DNA of 35,784 nt, from assembly GCA_048939625.1 (NCBI GenBank), contig JBHLPH010000019.1:1-35784 (forward strand), in the 5' to 3' direction. This document shows positions 34,351 to 35,784 of the stretch, piece after piece. How positions within the stretch are numbered: position 1 is the stretch's first letter; each line of letters begins with the position of its first letter. The stretch comes from Promethearchaeota archaeon (GTDB taxonomy: Archaea; Asgardarchaeota; Hermodarchaeia; Hermodarchaeales; Hermodarchaeaceae). Under the pieces are notes generated by a model. It saw only the letters and a list, made by a program, of their open reading frames with translations. It was not told where the DNA came from and made no database searches. The translations under genes and the position numbers were made by a program.

Positions 34351-35031
34351 TTATTCTGTTTCCTGCGGCTTCTGTTTCTCTGATCCTGCTGCGCGACGTG
34401 CGGCTAAGTGCCGTAACAAACTCACCGTTGTTCGAAGTTTCGATGTCTCCTGCAAAATTATATTCTCTGCCTCCTCTTGGTTGGTGAGTATATTTGCCCG
34501 GATGAGCACCTTCTTCATCCAGGCCAGCTGATCCTCATCGAACACAGAATTTGAAATTGTCTTCGAAGCAATATCGATCGTCATGTGCTGCTTCGTGGAA
34601 TCCGGAAGATCTGAATACTCCTCCTTTGTCACCATGTACACGCATGCCCCCACATCTACACTATCTGGTAACACCCGTTCCATAAAACTCCGAAGTCCAG
34701 CTGTAACGGGGAGTGAGCCTTTGAGTACAATGGTTTGTTCGCTAATGCCAGCAGTAAGTAGCGCGGCAAGAATATCAATACCTAAATTTCGGATAGCCGT
34801 TTTAACCGTGAATTTCACTGTACGAAGTTGTGGCTCTTCAGGCTCTTCCCCTGTCTGGTATCCCAAGACCAGACCTGCACGGGAAAATTCTACCTTGAAC
34901 TCATGTGGACAGATTTTGCCCTCCACGACGCGTCCAGTCATGAGCGTCCCTTGTACCCTTTCCCAAGCTTCATCGGGTACGTCAAGTTCACCCTGAGTGT
35001 GACATATGGGACAGGTGACTTTCAACTTCAC
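34351..35031 (-). CDS. Hypothetical protein: CxxC...CxH Zn module plus possible DENN-like domain
   Basis: VTCPIC...KICPHEFKVEF....VLGYQ, then NLGIDILAALLTAGISEQTIVL...FMERVLP. GTG start after GAGG. Confidence 0.7.
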   Translation of the reverse strand: MKLKVTCPICHTQGELDVPDEAWERVQGTLMTGRVVEGKICPHEFKVEFSRAGLVLGYQTGEEPEEPQLRTVKFTVKTAIRNLGIDILAALLTAGISEQTIVLKGSLPVTAGLRSFMERVLPDSVDVGACVYMVTKEEYSDLPDSTKQHMTIDIASKTISNSVFDEDQLAWMKKVLIRANILTNQEEAENIILQETSKLRTTVSLLRHLAARRAAGSEKQKPQETE

Positions 35032-35467
35032 AGTTTAACGCCTCGCAATCGCAAGCAAACAAACAAGAGGTAGGTATCTCCTCAAAAGTTCTTCCCTTAT
35101 TTTCTAAAGTAAGAAGTACTGCTTGTTTTCATATACAACTATTTTAAAGAGGTTTGCAAATTCAAACAATTAGTAGAATAACCTGTAATTACAATAAACC
35201 TCTGCTTGGAGCACCTAGCCACCAAAATTACACACAATTTCTAGAGGCACGAAACGGCGTCTACCTGCATTTTCGTATTATTATTACGATTTGTATAGAA
35301 GGTGGTGCAGGTAAATGTATTTAAGCCGTTCATTCTCCGAATAAATCACGGTTTGGCGACAGATTGGAATAGACAACGAGGCGCAGCACAGGGATATGAC
35401 CAGGTAGAAGCGATAGCATGCAGGTGATAACTTTCCGCTGCCGCCTTCCACCCCGGGGCACAACACC

Positions 35468-35784
35468 ATGAAGCGTCAAGCAGTATTTTGTTTTATTTTC
35501 CTCACACTATTCTGTCTTAGCCCACTGATTAGCACAATTCCACCGACGAACCAATACATCGAGACCCAAAGACCTCTGCAAAATGTGACTCCAACAAAGG
35601 CCACCGAAGATGCTACTGCTTTTTATTCATCGTCACCAACCCTGCCTGAAGGACCTACCTATTCAGAAGGCGAATTTCAATATGAGGGTCTAGGAGCCAC
35701 GCTTGCCACCACAGAATATGCACAAGGGTCGAATCTTTCACGCCATGTCACAGCTCTGAACTACAGCGATAGTGCGTATGGACA
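35468..35784 (+). CDS. Secreted/surface protein, N-terminal fragment (runs off the window)
   Basis: Hand translation MKRQAVFCFIFLTLFCLSPLISTIPPTNQYIETQ...: a signal peptide followed by S/T/P-rich sequence, open to the end of the window. Confidence 0.7.
   Translation, partial: MKRQAVFCFIFLTLFCLSPLISTIPPTNQYIETQRPLQNVTPTKATEDATAFYSSSPTLPEGPTYSEGEFQYEGLGATLATTEYAQGSNLSRHVTALNYSDSAYG

Noticed and set aside
35032-35467. Long intergenic region as tRNA or ncRNA
   Set aside because: No cloverleaf or convincing extended stem was found by eye; it is consistent with divergent promoters.

Overview
Gene-dense archaeal DNA, very probably from an Asgard archaeon. The basis is a set of eukaryotic-signature proteins (Rab-like GTPase, gelsolin-domain protein, longin-domain protein), plus a CdvA-like zinc-ribbon protein, an IPG-TM-basic-tail surface protein and GGTGA/GGAGG Shine-Dalgarno (SD) sites. 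Left to right: (1) a truncated MinD/ParA gene with an upstream Zn-module/wHTH gene; (2) a methanopterin-type C1-carrier biosynthesis cluster (ATP-grasp, DUF1464 kinase, RFAP synthase, DUF447, MptA, MptE, DHPS-like protein); (3) a large surface protein; (4) an apparently complete lipid-linked trans-membrane glycosylation module (nucleotidyltransferase, GT2, flippase-like protein, DUF362, two tandem GT-C paralogues); (5) Rab-like GTPase, HDAC, an ArsR/Hsp20 heat-shock pair with visible operators, and a NUDIX hydrolase; (6) a zinc-ribbon/CdvA-like protein, two divergent micro membrane proteins, a gelsolin-X protein, a DUF4910 peptidase operon, a third GT-C, a longin/coiled-coil protein, an internally deleted LLM oxidoreductase pseudogene, a Zn-module/DENN-like protein, and the start of a secreted protein. 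No rRNA, tRNA, CRISPR array or mobile element was seen. All family calls come from motif recognition by eye; no database search was run.
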